From a virus (Duplodnaviria; Caudoviricetes), in the IMG/VR virus record IMGVR_UViG_3300041986_000079, positions 22,938-86,937 of that record: a stretch of 64,000 nt of DNA, one strand, 5' to 3'. Made by a program: the position numbers and the translations under genes. The stretch's first letter is position 1, and every line of letters begins with the position of its first letter. The notes below the pieces were generated by a model, which was not told the origin of the DNA, ran no database searches, and saw only the letters and a list, made by a program, of their open reading frames with translations. Shown piece after piece: positions 29,731 through 39,225 of the stretch.

Positions 29731-30306
29731 TTAAACAGCTTTTTCTAAGATCTCCAAATCTGCAGTAACTAATGTTAATGTTTCTTTGTCTTGATCGTAT
29801 TTATCACATAACTCACCTATCTCGATAAGTACTCTAACATCAACATCAAGTAAACTTGCGTAGTGATCAAAGTGGTACTCAGGATATAAGTATGAGTTAA
29901 TGTATGTGCACTCTTTTGGTTCTTTTCTAAAGAAGTAAAGGATATCTAGTTTAGCATCCTCATCAAGCATAGAGTACTTACCATCAATAAAACACTTCCA
30001 GTCTCTTCTCTTCTTTGTAAAGTTAAAGATAAAGATGATCTTATCGCTGTACTCTTCTCTTGATTCAAATAAAGGGGAAGCTGTTAGTGCAGCCTCCGCC
30101 TTCTTGAACGCAACGGATTTATTCCCTGCTTTATAAACAACAATCAAACGCTTATCTTTTACAGTATATCTATCTTTCCAGGCAATGTATACATTCTCAG
30201 GTTGAGTCATTGACTTACGATCTGTAAGAACAAACGGTAATAAAAACGTCTTTGACTTCTGGAAGTATCTGCTATATAACGATGGTACTTTATGTGCGTC
30301 TATCAT
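29731..30306 (-). CDS. hypothetical protein (191 aa)
   Basis: ORF tiles the operon and is preceded by a consensus promoter. Confidence 0.6.
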   Translation of the reverse strand: MIDAHKVPSLYSRYFQKSKTFLLPFVLTDRKSMTQPENVYIAWKDRYTVKDKRLIVVYKAGNKSVAFKKAEAALTASPLFESREEYSDKIIFIFNFTKKRRDWKCFIDGKYSMLDEDAKLDILYFFRKEPKECTYINSYLYPEYHFDHYASLLDVDVRVLIEIGELCDKYDQDKETLTLVTADLEILEKAV

Positions 30307-30323
30307 TGTATGTTAGTTTTGTA

Positions 30324-31322
30324 CTACAAATATACTTTTTTACTAGCAAGTTCAAACGGAAGATAGTAGTTTCTTTCTTCGTAATGCCACTTAGCTTTGT
30401 CTAAAGTATCCATTAATCGCTCAGTCCATGCAATAATACTTTCTGCTGATACACCAAAGGCATATGTGCAGTAGTTCTTATCAACAGCGACAAAGTTAAA
30501 CTCAATTGTATATCCAATAAGATGTGCATAGTTTGCATTAATTAACTGAACATAGATAGCTGCTTGCATCCAATAATCATAATGCTCAATAGATCCATCA
30601 AAGTTAATAAGGTCTTTTGATGTAGTCTTTAAGTCATTGATATAGATGATCTTTTTATCATGATCGATAACTAAGTTGTCAATGATGCCTTTAAGACCAA
30701 ATGGGTAGTCTTTAAACTTATCGATATAGAACATCTTCTCGTTTACTGTCTCAATATTACCAGACATGCTATCTAGGTGAAGACCAAGTAACTCGCAGAT
30801 ATCTGCATGACTTTTGATAGTATTAACTGCTTCTGTACAGAATGTTAAAGTATCTTGATCGATTAGATCTTTACCCTTTTTCATCTTTAAGAAAGACCAG
30901 TATACTTGATGGTCAAGTGTTATTATCTTATCAAGACGCTGAGCATCAGTCTTTAAGTTCTGAAAGTAGTTCATGTCAGCCATAATATCTAAGATAGCAT
31001 TACCAAACTGATCAAGTTCTTCTCTTGAGTCATCTTGTAGTTGTTGCTTGTGTGCAAACACTCTATCGATAACCATCTTTGCTTTTGCAGCAGGTAACTC
31101 AGTTGGCATTACAATATAATTCTTTGTAATACTATCTGGCTCTAAGATCAGATTATGTATAAGCTTACCCTTGATAAGGTGATCAGCAACAATCTCTTCT
31201 CTTATACCATTAATATATACGTCTTTAAAAGACTTTGGACTCCATAGTAATCTACTAAGACTACTGTAACTAAACTGAAAAGGCTTCTCGTAAAAGCTAT
31301 TCATTAATATTTGCTCCTCCAT
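30324..31322 (-). CDS. PD-(D/E)XK (Cas4/exonuclease VIII-like) nuclease
   Basis: FSYSSLS, KGKLIH, LKGIIDNL...INDLKTT, YWMQAAIY. Start moved to MEEQIL because two small upstream ORFs occupy the longer frame. Confidence 0.8.
   Translation of the reverse strand: MEEQILMNSFYEKPFQFSYSSLSRLLWSPKSFKDVYINGIREEIVADHLIKGKLIHNLILEPDSITKNYIVMPTELPAAKAKMVIDRVFAHKQQLQDDSREELDQFGNAILDIMADMNYFQNLKTDAQRLDKIITLDHQVYWSFLKMKKGKDLIDQDTLTFCTEAVNTIKSHADICELLGLHLDSMSGNIETVNEKMFYIDKFKDYPFGLKGIIDNLVIDHDKKIIYINDLKTTSKDLINFDGSIEHYDYWMQAAIYVQLINANYAHLIGYTIEFNFVAVDKNYCTYAFGVSAESIIAWTERLMDTLDKAKWHYEERNYYLPFELASKKVYL
30327..30356 (-). promoter_or_regulatory. Bacteroidota-type sigma promoter TTTG-N18-TATATTTG
   Basis: + strand CAAATATA at 30327-34 and CAAA at 30353-56, overlapping the end of the upstream gene. 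Confidence 0.55.
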
Positions 31323-31323
31323 A

Positions 31324-31503
31324 TTATATGCCAGTTGATTCATTATTGTGATTATGCACTTCTTCTTTTGACCAGTATCCTTGTTGATACATGTAATTAC
31401 GAATCTCACTAGCCGTAATCTTGTCAGTTGTTGTTGACTCTATTCTTTCAAGAAAGCCTATCAAATCAACACAAGCTTGTTCAATATGTTTATTGTCCGC
31501 CAT
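31324..31503 (-). CDS. small hypothetical protein (59 aa, MADNKHIEQACV...), not in ORF track
   Basis: Read by hand. Its stop sits 1 nt before the nuclease ATG. Confidence 0.5.
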   Translation of the reverse strand: MADNKHIEQACVDLIGFLERIESTTTDKITASEIRNYMYQQGYWSKEEVHNHNNESTGI

Positions 31504-31663
31504 GTTTTTGTTGTTTAAGTTGTTCTGCCACCTCTTCTGGTAGATAGCCTAATAAGTTTTTCTTTGGAAGGAACTCTAGTAACTCATAGATAGCTGTTAC
31601 ATCCTGCATCGCAAAGTCTTCCTTCATCTGTTCTATAACAGCTTCAATAATCGGGTCTTCCAT
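31490..31663 (-). CDS. small acidic hypothetical protein (57 aa, MEDPIIEAVIEQMKEDF...), not in ORF track
   Basis: Read by hand. Starts 1 nt after the previous stop and overlaps the next start. Confidence 0.55.
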   Translation of the reverse strand: MEDPIIEAVIEQMKEDFAMQDVTAIYELLEFLPKKNLLGYLPEEVAEQLKQQKHGGQ

Positions 31664-31664
31664 A

Positions 31665-32009
31665 TTAACTATACTTTTCTTCCATCATTATAAGAGCATC
31701 TCTTTTTGTTTGTGCTTTTACTGATGTACCAACTTTCTTTGAACCTACACTAGTTTCTAATACACCTCTCCATATTTTTGAGTTGAATCTATCTTGTTCT
31801 AGTGTCCATAAATCTCCGCAGAGAGTTACTCTGTATATACCTGGTTTTACAAGAACAATGCTCCTATTGTCACTAGGTCTTAGTTTTTTTGTCTGCATCA
31901 CAACATAACTTTCTAATAAGTCTGCAATGCGTTTTAACTCATGATGGATACCTGGGATATTTGTTGATATCAGCTTTTGACCCATCAGTGTCTCATGTAA
32001 TTCAGCCAT
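31665..32009 (-). CDS. hypothetical protein (114 aa)
   Basis: ORF tiles the operon. Confidence 0.55.
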   Translation of the reverse strand: MAELHETLMGQKLISTNIPGIHHELKRIADLLESYVVMQTKKLRPSDNRSIVLVKPGIYRVTLCGDLWTLEQDRFNSKIWRGVLETSVGSKKVGTSVKAQTKRDALIMMEEKYS

Positions 32010-32020
32010 AATCTTTTTGT

Positions 32021-32464
32021 TTATTCCATATCACGACCATACCATTTACCTAGTATGTTTCCGTTATAGGAGTTAGTTCTTAATACATCTAACTTAACTT
32101 GCCAAGCAAACTCAGCATATGTTAAGTACTTCTTTGTTTTGCATAACTCTAAGATCTCTCTTGAAAACTGCTCTACTCCGAGTAACTTAACATCTGCTGA
32201 TAGTTCTTTGCTTGATCCATAATACTTTAACCAGTCTGACTCTTTCTTTATATACTCGAATGTCTTTCTTGTTTTTGTTTCTGCTTTACTACGAGCTGAG
32301 ATTCTTTTCTTCTTTGTGTGATACAAAGACTTCTTACCTATGTAGATCTGACCTGTTGTTAGGTTAGTGATCTTATAGACGAATCCTTCTAGTTCATGGT
32401 AATTAGGAAGCTTATCAAGAGAAGTGATAGCTTTACGCTTGTGCATCCAAGTTGTCTGACTCAT
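32021..32464 (-). CDS. GIY-YIG (Seg-like) endonuclease
   Basis: GFVYKITNLTTGQIYIGKK, YYGSS, FSREILELC, YAE. Confidence 0.75.
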   Translation of the reverse strand: MSQTTWMHKRKAITSLDKLPNYHELEGFVYKITNLTTGQIYIGKKSLYHTKKKRISARSKAETKTRKTFEYIKKESDWLKYYGSSKELSADVKLLGVEQFSREILELCKTKKYLTYAEFAWQVKLDVLRTNSYNGNILGKWYGRDME

Positions 32465-33443
32465 TATCTATTACGTGTTTTGTTATTAAAGGGACTAGAT
32501 TAATCATTACTTCTCTAGGTCCAAAGTCTCTAATAGCATCAGCTAAATCTTTGCTCATCTTTAAATGAACATAAGGTATATCATAATGCTCTTGGTACTT
32601 TTTCATTGCTCGAAGTCCTGCTTCATCGTTGTCAAAGATAGTAATAATCTTCTTATATTGATTCTTATACTTATCAATGACTTCCTGCTTTATCATTGTG
32701 TTCTCAGAGTCTGGTGCAATCACATCAACACTGAGCTTTAATGATTTTAATGCCATCAAGTCTTTAAGACTAGAGGTAATAACTAAGTAATCATGTCCTT
32801 TTAGTTGCTCTGAACCTTGTATATAGTTCGCAACCTTAATAAACTTCTTATCCTTTACAGTGGGTTGGTATATCTTATATACCTGACCATCAGTTGTAAA
32901 GTAGCCATACAAATGCTTGCCTAATATCTCAAGCTCTTTGTTTTGACCGTCTTCTTCTTTAGCCATAATGTAGGATTGTAAGGGTCTAACATTATGCTCA
33001 TCAAGTAATCTACTGCCTATGTTAAACTTAGTCCAGTAGTATTGATCTGCTGTTGTCCAGGGCCGTGTAGTTGTATCTTTAACACGGTATTTACTATAGC
33101 TTTTAAACTCTTGAACATCAAAGCCTCCATTATTATGTAAGATAAACTCATTGTAATCCTCAATAATAGTTCCGCTTGCCTGTCCAAAGCTACACTGGTA
33201 CAAATGCTTTACTAAATCAATAGCTCCTCCGCCTGTATCTGTTGAGAAGTCCTTAAACTTATAGATACTTTTCTTCTGATCAAAGTAGATACACATACTT
33301 GGTGTACGTTCCTTTGGGTTGAAAAGACTCTTTACTTTAAGATCTTGACCAACAAGCTTGTCAGGGAGCTTGCAATAGTGCTCGAATATCCATGTTGATG
33401 GTACGAGCTTAACATCTGAGATTAAGTTTTTTGTACTTAGCAT
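32433..33443 (-). CDS. dnaG: DNA primase (TOPRIM, DnaG-type)
   Basis: SLFNPKERTPS, FKDFST, TOPRIM VITSSLKD, PDSEN, FDNDEAG; located in the replication cluster. Confidence 0.8.
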   Translation of the reverse strand: MLSTKNLISDVKLVPSTWIFEHYCKLPDKLVGQDLKVKSLFNPKERTPSMCIYFDQKKSIYKFKDFSTDTGGGAIDLVKHLYQCSFGQASGTIIEDYNEFILHNNGGFDVQEFKSYSKYRVKDTTTRPWTTADQYYWTKFNIGSRLLDEHNVRPLQSYIMAKEEDGQNKELEILGKHLYGYFTTDGQVYKIYQPTVKDKKFIKVANYIQGSEQLKGHDYLVITSSLKDLMALKSLKLSVDVIAPDSENTMIKQEVIDKYKNQYKKIITIFDNDEAGLRAMKKYQEHYDIPYVHLKMSKDLADAIRDFGPREVMINLVPLITKHVIDNESDNLDAQA

Positions 33444-33464
33444 AACCTGTTGTAATTAAAGGAG

Positions 33465-33502
33465 AAAAAAGAAGGGCAGAGATAAAATCCCCACCCTTTC
33501 TT
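33465..33502 (-). terminator. probable rho-independent terminator
   Basis: AAGAAGGG...CCCTTTCTT imperfect stem with a T6 tail on the - strand. Confidence 0.5.
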
Positions 33503-33522
33503 ACATCACCTAACCACTAATA

Positions 33523-34215
33523 CTATAAGCTGAAATCGTTGTTTGGTTCGAAACCTGCAACCTGCTTATCTTCTTTTGGTTCACTAACATGTAGTGACTT
33601 ATCAAAAGCAATAAGATCAGCTTCATTACCCTTTAACACATAAGCTTTCTTTCCTGTCTTATCATATGGTAAGAACAAATCATATGCAGTATAACCTTTT
33701 GCATTCTTGTATCCGCTTGCTGCAATAGTGAATACCATTGAACGGTTAGCAAAGATCTTTGATACTGCATCAACGTGATCAAAGATAGTAGATGCTGCAA
33801 TGTTATCAACAGCTTCTCTAATAGGAGCACCTAAAGTGTTTGCTAAGTTGATAACTGCTTGTAAATACTCATTGTCACGTTTATTATTGATAGTCTTTGT
33901 AGTACCATCTGGCATATTACGAGTAACAGTGCTATCCTTCATTGGATAAGCCTTATACTTGATACGACCAATCTGACCCAAGTGACGAGGGCTTGAAGGA
34001 TCGTTAGGGTTAATAAAGAAACCTTGGAAGTTTGGATCTGTTACTGCTGGAGTTTCAATGTTTAACACTAAAGCAACTGAACCATCAGTATCAAAACTAC
34101 GGTTCTTTGTTAACTGAACATTAAGGATACGTGCTTCTGTTGTTCCTGGTCCTACTATTGGGCTAGTCTTTGTTCCTTTTTCTTCTACTGCTGCGAAATC
34201 TTTTGTACTAATCAT
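33523..34215 (-). CDS. putative single-stranded DNA-binding protein
   Basis: Beta-rich N-terminus, acidic C-terminal tail ending in FSL, located between an AAA ATPase and primase. Assignment is mainly by context. Confidence 0.45.
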   Translation of the reverse strand: MISTKDFAAVEEKGTKTSPIVGPGTTEARILNVQLTKNRSFDTDGSVALVLNIETPAVTDPNFQGFFINPNDPSSPRHLGQIGRIKYKAYPMKDSTVTRNMPDGTTKTINNKRDNEYLQAVINLANTLGAPIREAVDNIAASTIFDHVDAVSKIFANRSMVFTIAASGYKNAKGYTAYDLFLPYDKTGKKAYVLKGNEADLIAFDKSLHVSEPKEDKQVAGFEPNNDFSL

Positions 34216-34245
34216 GATTGTTTTTGTTTATTATTGTTGTTTACA

Positions 34246-34986
34246 TTAAATGAATACTTGGTCCCAATACGTTACCAGACCGGTTGGTGTCATCTCTGAT
34301 ACCATAAACTCCTCATCTCTTAAGTGAGTTGGTCTAGCCCCACATGAGATTTCATCTGTTGTTTTAAAGCTTAGGAAGTTTTGCTTTCCCTTGCGATACA
34401 GATAACCAATAGCATCTGAATTAGATGTGGTGATACGTTTAAGCTTACCTGTTAGATCTAAGTCAAGAACATTTACTTCTGCTCCATTCTTTTCTAACAT
34501 CGTATCTTTAACGTGTCCAACTAAAATAATGTGAGGAGCAAGAGTCTTGATATAATCAATAACCTTTGTGAATGCCTCACGTAACCACGGATATCCAGCT
34601 CCGTTTGGTAAGTTTAATAAGCTTGTATACTTAGGCTTACCTTCTGTTAACCAGTTCTTTCCCATTGAAGTCTTTCCATATAACTCCTCTGCAAAAGGTA
34701 AACAGATGTCTTCAAGTGCAGTGATTGTATCTACTGCGATGTACTTATACGGTTTATTTGCTTTTAAGATCTGCTCACCGATGGCTTTTATGTCTCTAAC
34801 AGATGTTGCCTTGATCTTTAATGCATCAACATAGTCAGTACCACTCTCAAGGTCTAAGATTAGACAATCAGGTAGTCCTGCTAGTAACTCAGTCTTGCCA
34901 ACTTTTGGCTTTGCGAATATAACAAGATTCTTTGGATTCTTTACTTCGGCTTTAACTTTATCTATAGGTAATGTGAACTCTTCCAT
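34246..34986 (-). CDS. AAA_24/Sak4-like ATPase (ssDNA-annealing recombinase-like)
   Basis: AKPKVGKT, LILDLESG, IAVDTITAL, ILVGHVKD. Confidence 0.75.
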   Translation of the reverse strand: MEEFTLPIDKVKAEVKNPKNLVIFAKPKVGKTELLAGLPDCLILDLESGTDYVDALKIKATSVRDIKAIGEQILKANKPYKYIAVDTITALEDICLPFAEELYGKTSMGKNWLTEGKPKYTSLLNLPNGAGYPWLREAFTKVIDYIKTLAPHIILVGHVKDTMLEKNGAEVNVLDLDLTGKLKRITTSNSDAIGYLYRKGKQNFLSFKTTDEISCGARPTHLRDEEFMVSEMTPTGLVTYWDQVFI

Positions 34987-35735
34987 TATTTGCTTCTTTG
35001 TTTATTTACTTTATTTATTGCTTGATTAAGATAATCCTTTGAGCTTATCGGCTCACACTGAATGATTGCAAGCAAGTCAAGTACACTAAGGTTACTATAG
35101 TGTTGATCTTCCGCTTTGAAATCATTTGATGATAACTGCTCTAACTCAAAATCAAGGGATGCTTGTTTTGGTAGCTCAGGTTCATCTTGTAATGGTGCAT
35201 ATGCATGCTCTACTCGCGTTGCACGAGATTGTTGTGCTGTAGATATAGGATATCTTTTTACATTAACTGGTATAAGATCTGATAAAGGAACACTATACAG
35301 TCTATTTTCTACTGCATCTGGTAAGTTATTAGCATTAACATTTGCTAATGGATACTGTTCCCAGTAAGCACAATCTGTATCTACTGTAAATAAAATACGT
35401 TCATCCATTGCTACATAACCTTTCTTATCATCTGAAGACTTCAAGATCTCAAAGAAGAAGTTACGTCTAAACTGATTACCATAGATGTTTACTGAATCTA
35501 GGTCTGTTGTGGCATCATGCCAGATAGTTTTAAACTCAACTTTTGCGTTTGGAAAACCATAGTCAGCTAAAGCATCTTTATGAAACTGTGTTAGCTTACT
35601 ATACAACTGTTTCTTTTCGTCGATAGTCATGTTTGTTTTACCAAGTACATTCGGGCCTAAGTCAGGCACTGCTTTTGGGACTGAGTTCAGTATACTAAAC
35701 TGTCCCTTTAATTGATTTATCATATTTATTAACAT
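34986..35735 (-). CDS. hypothetical protein (249 aa)
   Basis: ORF coupled to both neighbours; no motif recognised. Confidence 0.6.
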   Translation of the reverse strand: MLINMINQLKGQFSILNSVPKAVPDLGPNVLGKTNMTIDEKKQLYSKLTQFHKDALADYGFPNAKVEFKTIWHDATTDLDSVNIYGNQFRRNFFFEILKSSDDKKGYVAMDERILFTVDTDCAYWEQYPLANVNANNLPDAVENRLYSVPLSDLIPVNVKRYPISTAQQSRATRVEHAYAPLQDEPELPKQASLDFELEQLSSNDFKAEDQHYSNLSVLDLLAIIQCEPISSKDYLNQAINKVNKQRSK

Positions 35736-35737
35736 TA

Positions 35738-36745
35738 TTAAGGATTTACTACTCTTCTTCTAGTACTGATAGCATCAACATCTCTATCAGGTTCGGGACA
35801 TTCAATAAACTTGTTTGCTGCAAAGTCACCTCTAAAGAATAACACAGCATCTGATTTACCATCTCTAGCTTTTAGCACGTGGATGGCAACATGGTCTTGT
35901 TCTACCTTGTACTTATTAGGACCATAAATCATTAAGTTCTTTTCAAAAGGTCTGTCAAGTGCAAGCATTAAGTCAGCATGGTTATACAAAGCATCACCAC
36001 CGTAGATATCTGATGTATTAGGATAGTTACCAGCCTTACCTGGTTGACGTCTCTCATTACTCTCGATATCTCTGTTCATCTGATTAAGAACGATAAACAA
36101 GCAAGGTATAGCTTTCTTTAACTCAGTCATCATAGTACCAAGATTATGAAGCATTGCAAGTTCACTCTTCTCAGTACCCATCATTACAAGATAACTATGG
36201 TCAATAGTAATAATCATTGGCTTACGATGCTTTGTCCACATGGCAAGTATATATGCTCTAATATTAGATACAGTACATCTTTTTGTAATGACAAAGATCT
36301 TATCAGCACCACCTGATTTTTCTTTCTTGTAGTCTACATAACCTTTAAGAAAGCTGACAACACTGTCATCAAGTTTCTTCTTTGCACTAGCAAGTTCTTT
36401 TACGGACAAGCCTGTCTTCTGACTATACTCTCTTAAGGCAATCTTCTCGTCTGTCATCTCAAACTGAAAGTCAAGTACAATAAAATCCTGTGTTGGGTTC
36501 AAGTCATGAACACTTCTTGTTAACTCAAGCATGAAGGTAGTCTTACCACCTCCTGATCTGGCTGCAACAACAGAGATAGTTCCCCACTCAAAGCCACCCA
36601 TAGTCACATCGTTGATGGTGTTCCAAGGTGTTTTGACTGATTTGATCTGTCCTGTTTTGCGTTTCTCAATGTAGTCTAAGCCCTTTTGGTTTATAACCGA
36701 TAAGGGTACTACGTCGTCTAAAATGTCTGTTAGTTGTGAGCTCAT
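35738..36745 (-). CDS. dnaB: DnaB-like replicative helicase
   Basis: AARSGGGKT, FQFEMT, ITIDHSYL, VLNQMNR, SDIYGGDALYNHAD, HVLKARDG. Confidence 0.9.
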   Translation of the reverse strand: MSSQLTDILDDVVPLSVINQKGLDYIEKRKTGQIKSVKTPWNTINDVTMGGFEWGTISVVAARSGGGKTTFMLELTRSVHDLNPTQDFIVLDFQFEMTDEKIALREYSQKTGLSVKELASAKKKLDDSVVSFLKGYVDYKKEKSGGADKIFVITKRCTVSNIRAYILAMWTKHRKPMIITIDHSYLVMMGTEKSELAMLHNLGTMMTELKKAIPCLFIVLNQMNRDIESNERRQPGKAGNYPNTSDIYGGDALYNHADLMLALDRPFEKNLMIYGPNKYKVEQDHVAIHVLKARDGKSDAVLFFRGDFAANKFIECPEPDRDVDAISTRRRVVNP

Positions 36746-36783
36746 AGGAAGATAAAAATACGAAAAAGTTACGGCATTTACAA

Positions 36784-37368
36784 CTAGTCATGAACATATC
36801 CTGATGACAAAACTTGACCATCTGTGTCACGAAGACTCTCGATAGTTGAAGCTAGTTCGGATACTCCATCCTTCATTATAAAGTAGGTTGAGTTTTTCAT
36901 ATAAGTATGTCCATTTGCACTACTCTTAAATGTATTTGCATACATCTCAGTAGCATCAAGCACTTCTTCCCAGGTATAATCAGGATACTTTTTAAAGAAG
37001 TCATTAAAACGTTTCTTTAAATCAGTTGGACTAGTACGTAGCACTCTTCCTGATACTGCACCTTTTGGGAAATAGTCTCGATAATCAAGTAACAGGTCAT
37101 CTACCTGCGGGTGTTTCATCTGACTTGTTATAACGACTTTTTTCTTTGGCTCAATTTGAGCATAGAACTCATCTATTATTTTTATACCAGACGGGGTAAT
37201 GGCTCCTTTATCTGTCATGAAGCCTTTTAGTATTAACGCTTTGTCAATATTAGGGCTGTCAATAAGATCAGGGGGAGGTATAATACCCTTGTGTCTAAAA
37301 TCTAAGTAGACAAACTGATTCAGTGTTAGACGGTTAAGAATCAGTGGTGTCCAGAGGTTTATAATCAT
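36784..37368 (-). CDS. hypothetical protein, possible replication initiator/helicase loader (194 aa)
   Basis: First gene of the replication operon, immediately upstream of dnaB. Function inferred from position only. Confidence 0.45.
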   Translation of the reverse strand: MIINLWTPLILNRLTLNQFVYLDFRHKGIIPPPDLIDSPNIDKALILKGFMTDKGAITPSGIKIIDEFYAQIEPKKKVVITSQMKHPQVDDLLLDYRDYFPKGAVSGRVLRTSPTDLKKRFNDFFKKYPDYTWEEVLDATEMYANTFKSSANGHTYMKNSTYFIMKDGVSELASTIESLRDTDGQVLSSGYVHD

Positions 37369-37405
37369 AGGCTACTTTTGTTTAGGTTATTTGTACAATA
37401 TTTAA

Positions 37406-37430
37406 TATATTATTATGTAGAGATTCTCTA
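37406..37430 (+). promoter_or_regulatory. putative late-promoter motif plus perfect inverted repeat TAGAGA-T-TCTCTA
   Basis: TATATTATTATGTAG (37406-20) resembles 2573-87. Palindrome at 37418-30 in the divergent intergenic region. Confidence 0.35.
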
Positions 37431-37439
37431 AAGGGGATG

Positions 37440-37470
37440 CAAAGATAATGCTTTGATTCATATCTCCAAA
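37440..37470 (-). promoter_or_regulatory. consensus Bacteroidota sigma promoter TTTG-N19-TATCTTTG driving the replication operon
   Basis: + strand CAAAGATA at 37440-47 and CAAA at 37467-70, with a 19-nt spacer. Confidence 0.75.
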
Positions 37471-37504
37471 CTACTGCTTAACGCTATTAAAAACTTTATA
37501 TAAT

Positions 37505-37822
37505 ATGGCAACATTAAAATACTATGCTCAGAAAGATGCTTTAGGGTTTCCAATCCCTGGTACTATGATGGGTACTACTGGTAAAGTTCCAGCTAATACT
37601 CTAGAAATATCTAGTGCAACGGTTTTACCAACTCATCCTGATGGTTTAAAGTACGTTGTTCGTACGGATAAAAAAGGTGCTATTATACCTAATTCATTAG
37701 TAGCTGTACTTACAGTACCAAAAGGTAATATATTAGACGTTACAGCAGCAGGAGCGGAGTCTTTACTAACAGAAGATAACTTTAGTCTAGTTGCAGAAAA
37801 CGAAGACTTAATCATACTATAA
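37505..37822 (+). CDS. putative structural protein (105 aa)
   Basis: First gene of the + block. C-terminal LLTEDNFSLVAEN resembles a motif common in phage tail-associated proteins. Confidence 0.5.
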   Translation: MATLKYYAQKDALGFPIPGTMMGTTGKVPANTLEISSATVLPTHPDGLKYVVRTDKKGAIIPNSLVAVLTVPKGNILDVTAAGAESLLTEDNFSLVAENEDLIIL

Positions 37823-37841
37823 CATTTAACATATATTAAAC

Positions 37842-38960
37842 ATGGCAAATAAAAAGATTAGTCAATTAGCTTCAGCATCTGCACTTGCAGGTACAGAAGT
37901 ATTACCAATAGTACAAGGTGGTACTACAAAGAAAGTAACAGCTCAAGCTATTGCTGATTTAGCATCAGGCGGAGGTTCAGCTCCATCATTTGGAGTAACT
38001 GCGAATGGTATATTAGGAAGTGATATTACTGCAACTTATGTACAAAAAGCTTCTGTACCTAAGACTGTTAACGGTGTTTATAGTACAGAAGTTGGCAACT
38101 ATGCATCATTTAGTTTTAATGCTGCTGGTTCAAATGGCTACGGTGGATATGGTGGTAGTAGCGTTAGTACTACAGCAACAAATATAGCTTTTCATACACG
38201 TTATATTGGTGATCTTAACATTACTGGATCAACTGTGGTTACTACTTTTTCTTTTCCTGATACTATTGCTCAAGATAGTCCAATGAGTGGTCTGTCTTTT
38301 TCAGGTGCAGCATTAACAACTGTTAACTTTCCATTACTACAAACATGTAAAGGTATTTCGATAAATAGCAATAGTCCTGCATTAACAACTTTAAACTTTT
38401 CATCATTAACGGATCTTTCTTCTTATGCTCAGATACAAATTAATGCTGTAACAGCTATAGCTGAGATTGGGCCATCAAACTTTCCGCTATTAAAACAAGC
38501 TGCTTTTTCTATTTACGAGCCTGGTTTTTTACAAGTAATTAATCTACCATCAGCTATTGTTTGGAAATCAGTGTATCATGTAAATAGTGGAATGGGTTCT
38601 GGAGCATCGGTATTAAATACGTTACGTGTCCCAGCTATAATTAATTATGAGAGTGCTTATGTATCTTATAATGGACATTCTCAGCTAGCTAATGTGGTTT
38701 TAGGTACTATTGGTACACTAAAAACATTAGGTCTTTCTTGGGGTCCTGCAAATATTAACTTCGAAGGATGTGCTTTAACACAAGCTTCAGTTGATGGTAT
38801 ATTAACTTTACTAGCTAGTTTAGATGGTACAAATGGTACTGATCCATCTAACAATGGTACAATTAATTTAACAGGTGGTACAAATGCAGCTCCTTCATCT
38901 ACTGGTTTAGCAGCAAAAGCTATACTATTAGGTAGAGGGTTTACAATTAGCCATAACTAG
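37842..38960 (+). CDS. tail fibre/receptor-binding-like protein with LRR-like repeats (372 aa)
   Basis: N-terminal MANKKISQL...GTEVLPIVQGGTTKKVT anchor motif. Repeats of LTTVNFPLL/LTTLNFSSL type. C-terminal 'SVDGILTLL...GLAAKAILLGRGFTI'. Confidence 0.6.
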   Translation: MANKKISQLASASALAGTEVLPIVQGGTTKKVTAQAIADLASGGGSAPSFGVTANGILGSDITATYVQKASVPKTVNGVYSTEVGNYASFSFNAAGSNGYGGYGGSSVSTTATNIAFHTRYIGDLNITGSTVVTTFSFPDTIAQDSPMSGLSFSGAALTTVNFPLLQTCKGISINSNSPALTTLNFSSLTDLSSYAQIQINAVTAIAEIGPSNFPLLKQAAFSIYEPGFLQVINLPSAIVWKSVYHVNSGMGSGASVLNTLRVPAIINYESAYVSYNGHSQLANVVLGTIGTLKTLGLSWGPANINFEGCALTQASVDGILTLLASLDGTNGTDPSNNGTINLTGGTNAAPSSTGLAAKAILLGRGFTISHN

Positions 38961-38988
38961 TTTTAACTAACATATAAAAGATATAACA

Positions 38989-39225
38989 ATGTATATTCAA
39001 GCAGATAATAATGGAATCAAAACTGTACCGGCTACTCAAAGCTGGAGATTGATTCATAATAGTGGTAAGGTTATTGATTTAATCGAAGCAGCTTACCAAA
39101 GTGAAACAGGTGGTTCAACAGAAGTATTTGTTGCTGCTACAAAAGCTGAATGTGAATCTGAGATTACTCGTTTAGATTTAGAGTTACCAAAGCATTTACA
39201 GCCTTCAGAAGAAGCACAAGCTTAA
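38989..39225 (+). CDS. hypothetical protein, possible tail-fibre chaperone (78 aa)
   Basis: Directly follows the fibre gene and is coupled (TAATG) to the next gene. Confidence 0.4.
   Translation: MYIQADNNGIKTVPATQSWRLIHNSGKVIDLIEAAYQSETGGSTEVFVAATKAECESEITRLDLELPKHLQPSEEAQA

Noticed and set aside
27288-36745. Inteins or group I introns in polB, primase or dnaB
   Set aside because: The proteins are of normal length with contiguous motifs, and no splice-junction signatures were seen.
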